DNA of 62,471 bases, filler included, from Choristocarpus tenellus KU-1152 (Eukaryota > Protista > Phaeophyceae): NCBI GenBank assembly GCA_964200185.2. It is 10 parts of 10 records of this genome, joined end to end, with 100 filler letters (N's around TTAATTAATTAA, not from the genome) between each part and the next. Parts side by side here need not be neighbours in the genome. Positions count along the whole stretch, not along the records: positions 30,651 to 38,373 come from CAXNAD020005683.1; positions 38,474 to 43,862 come from CAXNAD020010947.1; positions 43,963 to 48,622 come from CAXNAD020013578.1; 7 more parts are not named here. One strand, given 5' to 3'. Below the pieces are notes generated by a model that had not been told where the DNA came from, did no database searches, and saw only the letters and a list, made by a program, of their open reading frames with translations. A program made the translations under genes and the position numbers. This document shows positions 32,682 to 43,993 of this stretch, piece after piece; position 1 is the first letter of the stretch; each line of letters opens with the position of its first letter.

Positions 32682-35609
32682 ATGGGGGTGGAATCGACGG
32701 AGGACGTTAAGGCGATTGCCCTGACTGAGAGGAACCTTCATATCAAGGATTCTTCATCAGATACAGAGTCTCGACAGGTCGTCGCCAAAATTGAGATGAA
32801 CTTGTCTGCCATATCCCTGCCGTCTGGTTTGTCCCATAGCGAGCCGTGCAAGCCAAGACCTCGAACATCAAGAGTGGAAAGACCAAGGAGGAAGATTTCC
32901 AAGCGATGTGCGTCTGCGAAACCATTCAGGAGAAAAGGAATGTCTAATATCGTAGAGATGGAGAGAAGCTTCGGTGTTAAGAATGTGGAACAGGAGCGAT
33001 TATCCCATCCCCCTAGGACGGCACCAGCTTCCCTGTGGCAACGATCGTTCATTGAACGTGCACGAGGGGGTGAGACGTTAAGATTGGCAGCAGCTCCAAG
33101 ATTGCACAGTGCGCCGCCACGGACAAAATTCAAGATAGATAAAAAAGATTTTCGGCAAAGACCCCTGTCCAGTTCGACTACTTCTTCTAAGCTCCTTCTT
33201 CAGCGTTGGGATAGAGCAACGAGAGCTCAAAGGGAACGAATGTTGAGGACTATGGAAGCCTTTCTCAGAGGGCAGAACAACAGTAATGGTAAGATTAGCG
33301 CGTTTCATGGTCACACTGCCGTCCCCCAGGACGTGCCCATGAACGGACAGGGCATTGGTCATCCCGACCCATTCGTGGCTGACTCCCTGAATCTTCGGGA
33401 GCTCTATACCCCAGGGGCAGGACTGATCATGCTTCGTTTGCTGTCCTACCTTCAGACATCCTTCTCACTACGATACCCAGTTGCCAGTTGCCTGAAGGTT
33501 ATCTCTCTTCTTACCCAGGCTACAAATGGCAATCTTCTCCTCCCGAGTGTTGTGTCTGGTGGTACCATGTCCACGATTCTCACCCTGATCTCAGACGTGA
33601 ATTGCCTCCACACGGACGATATTATAGAGGCTTTTTATTTACTCCGAATGATCGCACTGGTAGGAGGTAGGGTGGTTAAACAAGCCTGGACTTCAGTTGG
33701 GAGCAGTGTCCTTACCTCATCAGTTGTAGCTCTTAGTCGAGCAATGACTCCGCCAATATTTTCGGCTGGCAGGGACTTCCTGGTGGAGCTTGGCCTCGAT
33801 AACCCCAATGGTGATGTGGAAGTGAAGAACACCCTCCTCTGCCTGCTTGGTAACAACACATACCCCATGGCGCAAAAGGTGGCCTGCCAGGCAGTGAAGG
33901 CATTGCTCTCAGCAGAAGCAGGGCAGCTTCAACTTATGTTTGAGCACAAGGAACAGGAGGCCACAAAGCAGGACATATCAACTGAATTATCCCTACAAGC
34001 CTGGTTACCCCGTATGGCCTTATTTTTACCACCAGCACTTGACCTCTCTTTCAGTGACCATGAGGATATCCGAAGGGAGGCTGAGGGGCTTGTGGAACTA
34101 CTGGCCTTCTTCCCAGGCACGTGCTATCCGCTAGTGACTGGCCTGGTTGGGGTACTTGGTTTACCGTTTAGTCTGCAACAACAAGGCGACGAACAGCACT
34201 CAAATGTTGCATGGTATTGCCAGTCATCACGAACTAGGGTGGAGGCATCAGCAGACTGCTCCAAGGTGGTCTCAGAATTAGATAAAGAAAGCAGTGTTTA
34301 CCAATTCAGAGATGATTGCGATAGCTGCATTCCTTCACCAACTTCAAAGCTTATGCCAGAGGAGCAGAAGGAACTTCAGCTTGTTCCAGAGTTACAAGCT
34401 GTGAAGCTGTTGCAGCGGCTGACAAAGATGCTGAAGAAGAAAGCAAGGGATTGTATGGGAGAAGCACTGGTGCCCCTTGCTCTCTTAGAAACAATAATCC
34501 AGTCTTTCCACGTCATTGAAGGATTTCACTCATCAGATCCAAAGTTTGACTCTTGTAGTACCACAACAAGACAAGAATCTGGGGAGAGGGCAAACACTGC
34601 GACAGTTCAAATGATACAGGAATCGAGCCCTCCAGGCACCCAGGACAAATGCTTCCAGGGAGAACACTTGCTATCCTCTCATCTTACTCCCCAACAGAGT
34701 AGGAAGGGACATGGCCCTTGCACTGACAGTAATGACAAGATGTGTAGGGGCAAACTGTCCCATCTGCTTCGTTCTGCTGCCACAGAGGCAGTGATCAGTC
34801 TCCTTCATGAGTGTACACCTGAGACCAAGTTTGGGCTACCTGAGCCTCCTGACAAGAACCGTGGTGTGCAAGAGGGTTGGGCTGATCAAGGGGTTGAGAT
34901 CAACAAGGAGAGTTGCAACATCCTAGGAGAAAGTGGAGGGTTTGACAGAGGGTGGGAAAGGGAAGGGGTTAAGACACAAGAAATCGCGGTACAAGCCAAG
35001 GTGGGACACCAGTCCACACATGCCTCAAGCCTTGGTGTTGAAGACATGGTGGAAATTGCGCTGGAAGGTTGTCCTGACTTACTGGCTCATCTACAGTCTG
35101 GTAACATAGAGGGTTTCCTTCTTGAACTAGAAAACAAACCCAGTACTCAAGAGAGAATATATGGGAGACTGCAAGGCCTACGAACCACCATCAAAAGGAG
35201 TAATTTCCGATGGTCAACACCACTAGGCGGTCAAAGCACGGAAAACCCAGTAGAGGGCAACAGAGCTTTGCCCCAGTGCTCCTCCAATGGTCTTCGAGAT
35301 GCGAAGCAGCACATTCAGTTCAGAAGGATGGGACTTGGACTTGAGCTCAATCTGTGTCAGGCGGGGCAGGGTGAGGAGCTATGCAACCAGCAAGGAAGAT
35401 GGGGGCTAGAGTTGCAAGGAGGAGACCAACAAAACAATTTTTTAACCATTCTGAGGGAGGCAGGTCACGAAGAATTTCTTTGGAATGCCCCTAACTCCAT
35501 GCATAGAGGTCAGTACGTCAAATCACACACACCTCAAAGATTCAACTTGACCTTGCTCAGCACTTCTACTGATAACATCTTTTGCTCCCGCTCACTCCTG
35601 AACCTATGA
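32682..35609 (+). CDS. ARMH1: ARMH1-like armadillo-type helical protein (975-codon uninterrupted ORF; may splice to further 3' exons)
   Basis: LLQRWDRATRAQRERML...GAGLIMLRLLSYLQTSF...GGTMSTILTLI...EAFYLLRMIALVGGRVVKQ...LGLDNPNGDVEVKNTLLCLL....PMAQKVACQAVK follows, from memory, the ARMH1/C1orf228 pattern (WD.A....R..L; GASLFL.RL; GGV.TLL.IL; L..GNP....V...L..LL...P.AQ). The ORF itself is certain; the family call needs an HMM search. Confidence 0.72.
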   Translation: MGVESTEDVKAIALTERNLHIKDSSSDTESRQVVAKIEMNLSAISLPSGLSHSEPCKPRPRTSRVERPRRKISKRCASAKPFRRKGMSNIVEMERSFGVKNVEQERLSHPPRTAPASLWQRSFIERARGGETLRLAAAPRLHSAPPRTKFKIDKKDFRQRPLSSSTTSSKLLLQRWDRATRAQRERMLRTMEAFLRGQNNSNGKISAFHGHTAVPQDVPMNGQGIGHPDPFVADSLNLRELYTPGAGLIMLRLLSYLQTSFSLRYPVASCLKVISLLTQATNGNLLLPSVVSGGTMSTILTLISDVNCLHTDDIIEAFYLLRMIALVGGRVVKQAWTSVGSSVLTSSVVALSRAMTPPIFSAGRDFLVELGLDNPNGDVEVKNTLLCLLGNNTYPMAQKVACQAVKALLSAEAGQLQLMFEHKEQEATKQDISTELSLQAWLPRMALFLPPALDLSFSDHEDIRREAEGLVELLAFFPGTCYPLVTGLVGVLGLPFSLQQQGDEQHSNVAWYCQSSRTRVEASADCSKVVSELDKESSVYQFRDDCDSCIPSPTSKLMPEEQKELQLVPELQAVKLLQRLTKMLKKKARDCMGEALVPLALLETIIQSFHVIEGFHSSDPKFDSCSTTTRQESGERANTATVQMIQESSPPGTQDKCFQGEHLLSSHLTPQQSRKGHGPCTDSNDKMCRGKLSHLLRSAATEAVISLLHECTPETKFGLPEPPDKNRGVQEGWADQGVEINKESCNILGESGGFDRGWEREGVKTQEIAVQAKVGHQSTHASSLGVEDMVEIALEGCPDLLAHLQSGNIEGFLLELENKPSTQERIYGRLQGLRTTIKRSNFRWSTPLGGQSTENPVEGNRALPQCSSNGLRDAKQHIQFRRMGLGLELNLCQAGQGEELCNQQGRWGLELQGGDQQNNFLTILREAGHEEFLWNAPNSMHRGQYVKSHTPQRFNLTLLSTSTDNIFCSRSLLNL

Positions 35610-36519
35610 ATATCCACATGATGTTCCTGCTCCACAAATCTAATGTGTGTTGTTCAGACTTCAGCCATTTCGGTAAGATTTGCAGAAAGTGCCAAGTCCA
35701 ATTGCACCTGGGGTACCCTGAGTAATGACTGCTCAATTCCATGTGTGCTACCCCATTCTCTCATACAATACAACTTAAGAGTCCATCTGGTCTTTCGGCC
35801 AGGGGTATCACTCGGAACCATCTTCTCAGCTGGCTAGGAACAAAACTAAATCTTCCCGGATACATCTGAGGTCTGGAAGGAGTGAATTGCCCTCCAGGAA
35901 TCTTATTCCGAAGCAATGCCCACCACCAGGGCTGCAATGCAGTCATAGCCCGCGTAGGAGAATAAACTACTGTGACGAGAATAGAAACGGAAAGTTGAGG
36001 GTGTGGGGGCCCGAGGACTGGGACAAGGAAGAGGCACCTTCAATGGTAAGACTCCTTGAATCAAGACACAGGCAGCCTTTGGACAGGAGCGACCGATCGC
36101 TGTGGGGTCCTGTTCACAGGGCAGTTTTCGAAGGTACAGTCCTGGTCCTTGGCAATGATTACAATAATGAGCAGCAGCGCCTCAGTAGTGTGCAAGTGCC
36201 ATACTGCTGTTGGAGCAGAACAAAGATTCTGCCAAGTGTTTTTGTATTGATCTTTTTTGGGGTGTGTGTGCGTGATTGAAATTGATAGCATTAACAAAAA
36301 CGAAACAAATAAGGGGCCGGGGCGAGAAGAATGCCTCGCAGGTTCCTGTTGCTTGATATTGCTACCATGATACAGTATTGCATTTGCAACACATCAATTT
36401 ATCTTCATAGCAAACCGCATACACCAAGGTCTTTTTAGTAAATTCTCGTTCTTGACTGATTGTTGTTGGTCGCGTGTCCTTTTTTCCAAACCGTTACACA
36501 CTTTTTTTTTCTCTGGCAG

Positions 36520-36989
36520 TACCCTTGGAGAGGGGCAAATGGAGCAAGCACCAACAATCACCACAAAAAGATGAAGTGACTGTGATGGAGGCCTCAGAGA
36601 AAGTAGCCCCACGGGCACCGGTGACTCATTCTCGTCAAGGATCTAAGCCACAATCACCACGCCATCATAAAGTATCCCTCTACAGACCTGAGTCCGCGAG
36701 TCTCCTCATTTGTAATTCGAAAAAGGTCGACATTCCCCAACAAGCAGGGAAATCACAGGCTCAAGTCGTTTTGGATAGCAGTGTGATACACCGCGCCCGA
36801 AGCCACCAAGAGGGCAGGTACAAGGTCATTGAAGGCTGCGCAAAGGAGAGGGCGTGTGGGAGGCAAGTCCCACTAATGGGGGGATTGGGTGATGTAAATG
36901 GAGGGCAACAACCCCCAGAGCTAAACGCCTTGAGCATCACCCAGGGGGCGATTGAGTTTGCTGATCGATATGCGTCCACCGTGTTCTGA
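36520..36989 (+). CDS. Possible terminal exon of the ARMH1-like gene
   Basis: Strong acceptor (cttttttttttctctggcag) followed by ~156 open codons ending EFADRYASTVF*. Linkage to the upstream ORF is not resolved. Confidence 0.35.
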
Positions 36990-38182
36990 TGAGAATCCAG
37001 GTGTCTGTGTCTGTAGATGTACGATAACAGAGTCGCTTGGGGGTAGGACGTTTGTCCTTGATTTCCTATGTACGGTGCGGTCAGCTCGAGCAGCAGAGTC
37101 AAAGCAAAGCAAGAGGTACCCAGTTTTTGATTCACCGATATTTCCATTGATGAAGCGCTAAGTTTGACTTGAGAGGGCTGATTTCTCCGCTGTTTGAATT
37201 CTTTTTGCATGTGCAAATAGGAAAATAACCTATGTACATTTTTGTAAGTAAAAGCCGAATTTTGCACACCTATGCCAGCATCCTTAAAATGCAACTCTGG
37301 GTACCTCTCGTTTACTTTGGCTGAGCGGCAGATAGTGTACTACTGCTGACTATTGCTGCAGAAGATCTGTCTGCAGTTGGTTTCCAGTGATCGCTTTGCG
37401 TTGGTGATCCTGTTGCTCATGGAAATGGCATTGTTCACTACTGCTAAGTGAATGGGAGCGTGGGAGGATCCTTGGTTGTACAGACCTAGCTCCTGCGTTG
37501 GAGAATGAAACTCACCGGAGAGGAGAGGCTTTCAGGAAATCGCTAGGCCTCACACACCGATCCAGGCGTTGACTTTCAGCAAAAACCCATATTGGAGAGT
37601 TTGGGATTGGGGGCAGGGGGCACGGTTTCAATTGAGCAGGAGCTCAGCTTGCTGTAGATGGACTGCATACACCTAACTTGTTTGAGCCTACAGTACTAAC
37701 TCCTTTAGGCATTGACACAATCACTGTATGCTACGGGGTATTGTATGCTACGGAGTACTCTAGTAATGTTTATTTTCTTCTTTACCTCATCTTTTGGCTT
37801 CTTTTTTTTTGGGGGGGGGCGCATCCTTGATCTTGATATGCCGCTCCTGGGTGTTGTTTTGTGGCTGTTGTTTTGTTGTCAGGGCGCTCGATCGACATTT
37901 CATCGTTTCCTCACAGTCTTTGCTGGAGCTCGAGCACTCACCGGAAGATTTTTCCGTTTCACAGACGTCAAAGTAATTACGAAGTGCACGTTTTGTTGAG
38001 TGTCTCGACACAGCACTCACTGCAGGTAGAGGTAACACGCTTACGTTCAAGTGTGTATGCGGTTGAATGGACACCAACCATGAGTGGCAGTGGATTGTTT
38101 GTCATTGTTTGTGGATCTCTTCCGAGTCTAAGTAAACGGGAGGTACCCAGGTCTTAACCGTTTTTACATTTTAAGCACTTTT

Positions 38183-38331
38183 GGCTCAAAGTATCTGTGG
38201 AGGGGGCGGCTGTCCATTCGGGGCCCATTTTTCCATGCTGCAGTTTTTGGATGATTTGGTTGCATGCATCGGATAGATGATGTAAGTGCACTTCTCCTGG
38301 TCAGCCCCTGAATGGACACCCTGGTGTAGAA
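38183..38331. mobile_element. MITE family A, one end missing
   Basis: GGCTCAAAGTATCTGTGGAGGGGGCGGCTGTCCATT...GGACACCCTGGTGTAGA. Confidence 0.85.
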
Positions 38332-38473
38332 CTCGTTGGCCAACCCACCAAGCTCCTTCCAGCTCCTCACTATNNNNNNNNNNNNNNNNNNNNNNNNNNN
38401 NNNNNNNNNNNNNNNNNTTAATTAATTAANNNNNNNNNNNNNNNNNNNNNNNNNNNNNNNNNNNNNNNNNNNN

Positions 38474-38492
38474 CTCCCAGATACTTTGAGCC
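38474..38492. mobile_element. MITE family A terminal inverted repeat at contig start, abutting a mariner relic
   Basis: CTCCCAGATACTTTGAGCC. Confidence 0.75.
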
Positions 38493-38493
38493 A

Positions 38494-38960
38494 TAATGCC
38501 TCCAAGTTCCCCCCCTTGGTGTGTGGCTTTACCCTGTCCTGCTGCTCAAAGACAGTGTGTCCTTCCAGCCTAGGCATGCGGACTTTGATCACCAGGATGA
38601 GATCCTCAGTCAGGAGCTTCTTATACCTCTCCCCGTCCGTGACTGGCACAACCACCTTGGTGCCCTTGGGGCAGTGTTTGCTGGAGCGCTGAGCGACCTT
38701 AGTGTCCGCGATTGGTCAGATCCCGATTTTCCCATTGAACCACACCCCGTTGGAGAGCTTCCTGGGGCGGATCAAAGCTGCAAGGAAACATCACCTTCAT
38801 ATTGTAAAGCTTATTCTGTGCCCATGGGGGTTTGCAGGGGTCCTTAGTAGGTGCAGATACATGCTTTTCCCATCTTTGAGGATGTAGCACCACTTCTTGT
38901 CTACAAGCTCAGAAACTGAAAAAGGAAACTGGGATTCCATTTCGTTTTCTGCACATAATT
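38494..38960 (-). pseudogene. DD39D mariner transposase remnant
   Basis: VDKKWCYILKDGKSMYL (DEKWFY motif), KVMF, WFNGKIGI, IKVRMP....VFEQQDRVKPH (QQDNAxPH motif), with frameshifts. Confidence 0.85.
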
Positions 38961-39148
38961 GGCGGGCCTTCACCAGACTTGCCACCACATTCTCTTCCCT
39001 TTTACGTGCTTAGCTGGACTGTAGAACCTGTGGAGAGGTTTGGAGTGAGGGCAAGGGGAAGAGCAGTTGGGGAAAGGAATAGGTTGCACCTCGCAGCAGC
39101 ACATGGGGGCTACAAGGGCCAAATAGATGCACTGGTTCTTGGTGTGTT

Positions 39149-39386
39149 AGGGTTGCATTTCAAGGATCCCGAGCAAGGAAAAAAACATACCATTTTGTAC
39201 AATTAATTGCAGAAAGATCCCTTGCTGGATAGTGGTTTCACTTAGTGTGTAGAAGGGGGAACACCAATTTTGCGTGCATTATTGTGCACATAAAGCAACG
39301 AAATAGAGTGCATCGCACAGGGTAAGAAATACGGCTTAGAAAACAAAAAGGACCCAAACCTGCCTACCTCTCAATTGGTATGGCCC
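39149..39386. mobile_element. MITE family B, diverged copy lacking one TIR
   Basis: AGGGTTGCATT...TGTACAATTAATTGCAGAAAGA...CTGCCTACCTCTCAATTGGTATGGCCC, homologous to 19056-19310. Confidence 0.78.
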
Positions 39387-39752
39387 ACGAAGCATATATA
39401 ATAGTATTGAGTGACGAGTAACCCAACTATGGTGATAACCCCTATCCTGATTCGTCGTGTTCGGAAGGATTTTCATTGTAGACAATGTACTCATCTGCGC
39501 AGTTGGTCGTGTGTTTTACACATGAATTTACGCATAATACCCCTCCTCATGTATTTTTGTGTTAAAATAGTCAACAGTACTATAGTCTGTTGTGAGAATT
39601 AGTCAATGATTTTTTGTTTGTTCATCTCATTCAACCTGTTGCCTCAGTGCTCCCCCGGAGGAGAAGGAAGAATATGAGAAATCCTGTTCAAACCAAACTT
39701 TGAACTTGAGATCAAGCAAAGAACAGAAGATTGTTTGTGTATCTTGCCCTCC

Positions 39753-42335
39753 ATGAATTGGGCAATCCTTATCCTCGGAATCGCAGTGGTACATGGTGCC
39801 GATGCCTTGGTGTTTGGGAGGCCAGTGTGGTTCCCCAGTCTTCGAGCTTTCTTCGTGCACTCCGATGCTCATTTAGCTGGTGAGTATATCCAGCTGTGAT
39901 CTGTAGACCGACCTGAGAAACTCCCCTCTCTCCTCCAACCATGCTACATTCGTGCGCTCAAGTCATATCGAAAGTGCTACCCCCATCGAAGATCTATGAT
40001 CGCTACTCGATCTCTATTCACTTTCGAGCTTGTTGGAGCTGCCACCGCGTATAATCCTCACCTTCCACTCCCCCTCCTACACCTCACCAGCGTATATGGA
40101 AGAGATGGAAGGACGTGCCATCAACCACCCTCATGCTGGGATCACGAGCAAGTGTCCGCCCTTTACTTCGCCTGTGGTGGCACAGATGAAGACTCCTGAG
40201 GGATACAAGATCAATGCCAGGCGTCAATTTCTTGGCAAAGGAGTTAAAGTGAGCAGGGAGACTTAGATACTTGCATCTATCCTTTGCTCCTGCAAGTCTA
40301 TCTCGCAGGCACGAATGTACTGAAATGATAGTGGAGTAAATGTGAGGTTTGGTGAGGTTGATCTCTGCTGAGTGTGACCGACTCTTTTTTTCTATGAGAC
40401 TTGGCCTCTTATCGACGTCTCTTTTGTGCCCTTCCCCAATCAAGAGTTTGCGTGTGACTGTTAGCGCCCTTGCATATATGCTAGCATGCATGGAGTGCTC
40501 TTGGATCTTCCCTCGTACTTCACTTGTGCCCTTGTTGGCCACTGAAGGTAATTGGAGTAGACCATCACCAAAGCAGGAAACCATGGCAGTCCCAGATCCT
40601 AAGTTAGTAGTTGGAGTGGGTATAAGATGGACTTAGGAAGGACAACGAGAGGATGAAGAAAGTTTTCGGTGAGAAAACCGTGGTCCTATGCCTTCAGGGT
40701 GCCAGAAAAATTCATGTCGTACTTGGGTTGATGCTTGATGTCTACACATTGCATCCAGCTTCGTTGGTGCCGTCGTTGATACTCCAAGCGGACCTGTAAT
40801 GTCGTGTTACAGTACAACTTCAAACTCCCGAGCCCTGTCACAATTTTCGAATTAAAATTTACTAGTTCACAAGCCAGTTCTAGTTCACCATGGAGACTTT
40901 GAAGGTTGTAGCAATGGTGAAAGGCTTTACTTGGCTGGACCAAAGTCAGACAATAGGGTAAGATCAGACTACATACATACATATGAACCAATGTAGGTTA
41001 TAGCTGTAATCTAGAGGGGATCAGACATACAGTATTATCGATTGACCTGTGACTGTGTCATTGAGATACGTGTGCTTTTAACTTGATTCATGGAAAGGTT
41101 CGTCCTGTAAAAGCCAAGAAATTTCCAAAGGCTACAAACACCCCTATAGAAAGGCTGATATTTTATTCCCTGTAGTTGAAGGGATGTGGACCAACCAGAG
41201 ACACTCGCTGTGTCTGTAACTATCAGTTGCTTTTTTCCTGAGCATAAATGTACCTAACACCAACATCAAAACAAGCAAGTTAGCTTCCCCTTGATCATTG
41301 GGTAGTGCTAATGGTCAGTGCTCCTCAACCTCTGCGCTCCTCTGCCACAACTCTGGATGACCACCACTTCGCTCTGTAGCACCATTCTTACACTCTGTAG
41401 CACCATCAAAACACTCCGTAACTCCGTCAGTGGATGGGACTAGCTGTAAGTATTGCCATGGAAGCGTAAGCTCAAATACATGATTTTGGGAGAGAGAGGT
41501 AAAAGTTCCTTACATGCATACGCCTCCACTGGAACTGACATTCAACAACAATACATGGTCAGGTGTATGATAGAGCAGTGGAGGAAGGGCTGCGAAGACG
41601 GAAGGTGATCGACGGCCTAGGGTGGGCCAAGCTCATCACACCCAGCCCTGGTGAGAACCCTTCATGAGCTCTTTTTTTTTACCCCTAGCCACTTGATACT
41701 TAAGAATAAGTCGCCCCCTCCTTCCACTTCTACCTACTTGTACCACACACCTTCTACATTGCAAAACAACACAGACAACACCAGGACCCTGTCACATTTG
41801 GAGGCACTGGGTTCGTCATTCCCTTTCATCATCAGGTTTTCATTTCCTAGGGGAGGCATTGCCTATGAGAAGTCAGTCATTTTATTTCATACTTTCCCCC
41901 CAGCATGCTGGTATGTAAGAGTGCAACTTGATGTTTAGCATTAGACTGTAAAGTATCGATTAATCCTGAAAATAGAAATATTATTTTATTCAATAGCCCG
42001 CTAGCCTACGACTTTGAGTCAAGGAACTCCTCCACTTTCAGCTCACACTCACTAGAGTGTGGTCCTGCCTCCGCCTGGCCCTGCAGGCTTTCTCTCCCCC
42101 CCCCCCCCCCCACACACACACACTTCTTTTCCTTTTTTTTCTATGTTGATGCTTCAATTGTCTTTTCTTTTTCTTGGACTGCTCTTGCTTGGAATTGATC
42201 GCGTCGTGAACAGACTGGAGGAGGTGGGAAAAGGGCATGGTTATGATGACGGTTGTCAAATCCTACGCCTTTCTATGGTCTGCAAATCCCTGCCGGTTAC
42301 AATTTGTGAAATGGGATGCCCCTATTGCCACAGAG
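39753..42335 (+). CDS. DUF1990 (UPF0548)-family protein with N-terminal signal peptide, first 4 exons
   Basis: In-phase exons 39753-39879, 40091-40248, 41563-41650, 42214-42335: MNWAILILGIAVVHGADALVFG...HLA-AYMEEMEGRAINHPHAGITS...PEGYKINARRQFLGKGVK-VYDRAVEEGLRRRKVIDGLGWAKL...-DWRRWEKGMVMMTVVKSYAFLWSANPCRLQFV. Matches the family motifs P.GY....R..LG.G...Y..A and W..NPCR. 3' exons absent before the linker. Confidence 0.85.
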
Positions 42336-42902
42336 GTGCGTCTGTATGTCTGTATGTCTGTATGTCTGCGTCTGAAATTGAAACTCATTGTGTTGGGAAG
42401 TTAAAAATGTGTGATATTTTTTCTTTTTCTCACTGGAAAAAAAAATAATGTATCGGGGTTTGACTCTGGGGCTACGCCTCTATCTTCTGACTCTTGTAAG
42501 AAGCCTCTTTTTTTTTGTAATCCTTTTGCTCCTTCAAAAACTGCAAAATCTGTGATGATATAATATGGTCGCGGACGTTTTTGATACTGCAGGCAACAAC
42601 ACATTGGTGTCCCGACTCTGTACCGGAGAATGAGCTTTGAACTGCCCTAGGAGAGGCTAGGATTATGAGTGCCAGTTCTTAATGGTGTCAAAATCTAAAG
42701 TTGCTTTGGGGGGGGTGGGGGTCACACTCTGTGTATTGTTATTGCTATTATATCGTCCTTATTGTGTATATATAGTATTGAAAGGTTTTTGTTTATTTTT
42801 TTCACAATATGCCATTATCTTGAATCCCACCAGGTCGCCATGATTTGAGGTGCAATCATTACTCAATCATTACTCAATCATTACTCTAGCAGTCCCGAGA
42901 TA

Positions 42903-43164
42903 CAGTCAAAGTATCTCAGAGGGTAGAGCCGTGTCCATTTGGGGGACGAAATCCAGTGTTGCGATTTTTTTTAATGTGATTTTGGCTATCGTGTTTGTTA
43001 GGAAGTGTCAACATCCTTGTTCCGGACACACCTTTTCATATCGTAACACATTTTAACCTGCTCCGGAAATAGAATTAAAATGCAGTAAAAAAGGTCCATG
43101 GGAAGCCAAGCCCCAAAGTAGACAAAACAGGGCAATACTCGTACCCTCTAAGATACTTTCGCTC
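42903..43164. mobile_element. MITE family C, full copy with ATA TSD
   Basis: TIRs CAGTCAAAGTATCTCAGAGGGTA / TACCCTCTAAGATACTTTCGCTC; ATA at 42900-02 and 43165-67. Confidence 0.9.
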
Positions 43165-43962
43165 ATACCTAGGTAGCCAACGCGGCATTCGTTCTGGGAG
43201 AGGCCCGGATTCACAACGGGAAAAAATTCCAACAGTAATCAAAGAAAGAAAAAAAAAAATGGTGATTAAAAGTCGCAGTACTGTTCCGATACACATGTTT
43301 CCTTCCGCGTCGATGACTAGTCCAAAAAATCGCGCTGTCGTTCTTCATTGCAGGTGAGATCTGTTTTGTTTTGTTTTGTTTTGTTTTTAGTAAAATAATA
43401 ATGTATGTAGTGATAATGTATATGCAGTTCGAAGCCGCTGACCGAATCGGGCGTGTGTGTTGCCTCAGAAACGATGTAAATAAATACTCTCAACTTCTTT
43501 TTTTTTCATGTTTTTGTGTAGTGCGCACTATTATTAGTTTTGTACCATACGACTAGAGCGAAGGTACAAACTTGAGGTACACCTTCGTACAAACTTGAGG
43601 TACACTTTCGTTGTGGTAATAATCTGGGGAGGACCACAACGAACTAGTAATAAATAATTTGTTAGTATTATTTTGTCGTTGGCACATATGGAAGGCAACA
43701 CCTGCATGGCTTTTATTTATTATTTATTTTTCCTTTATGTATTCTCTAGCAACCTTGAATTGAGATATCGTGTTGTGCTTGCCCCCATCAAGTAGGATGC
43801 ATCCCTTGTCCCGGCAGTGATACGCCTGATACCACCATACCCCACTTCACAGATCCCCCCCCNNNNNNNNNNNNNNNNNNNNNNNNNNNNNNNNNNNNNN
43901 NNNNNNTTAATTAATTAANNNNNNNNNNNNNNNNNNNNNNNNNNNNNNNNNNNNNNNNNNNN

Positions 43963-43993
43963 TAGCCCCCCCCCCCTCCCAGATACTTTGGGA
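43963..43993. mobile_element. MITE family A TIR at contig start
   Basis: CCCCCTCCCAGATACTTTGGG. Confidence 0.7.

Noticed and set aside
1262-42335. Cluster of plastid/secretory genes as a functional locus
   Set aside because: The TPR, YlmH and DUF1990 genes are on different contigs joined artificially.
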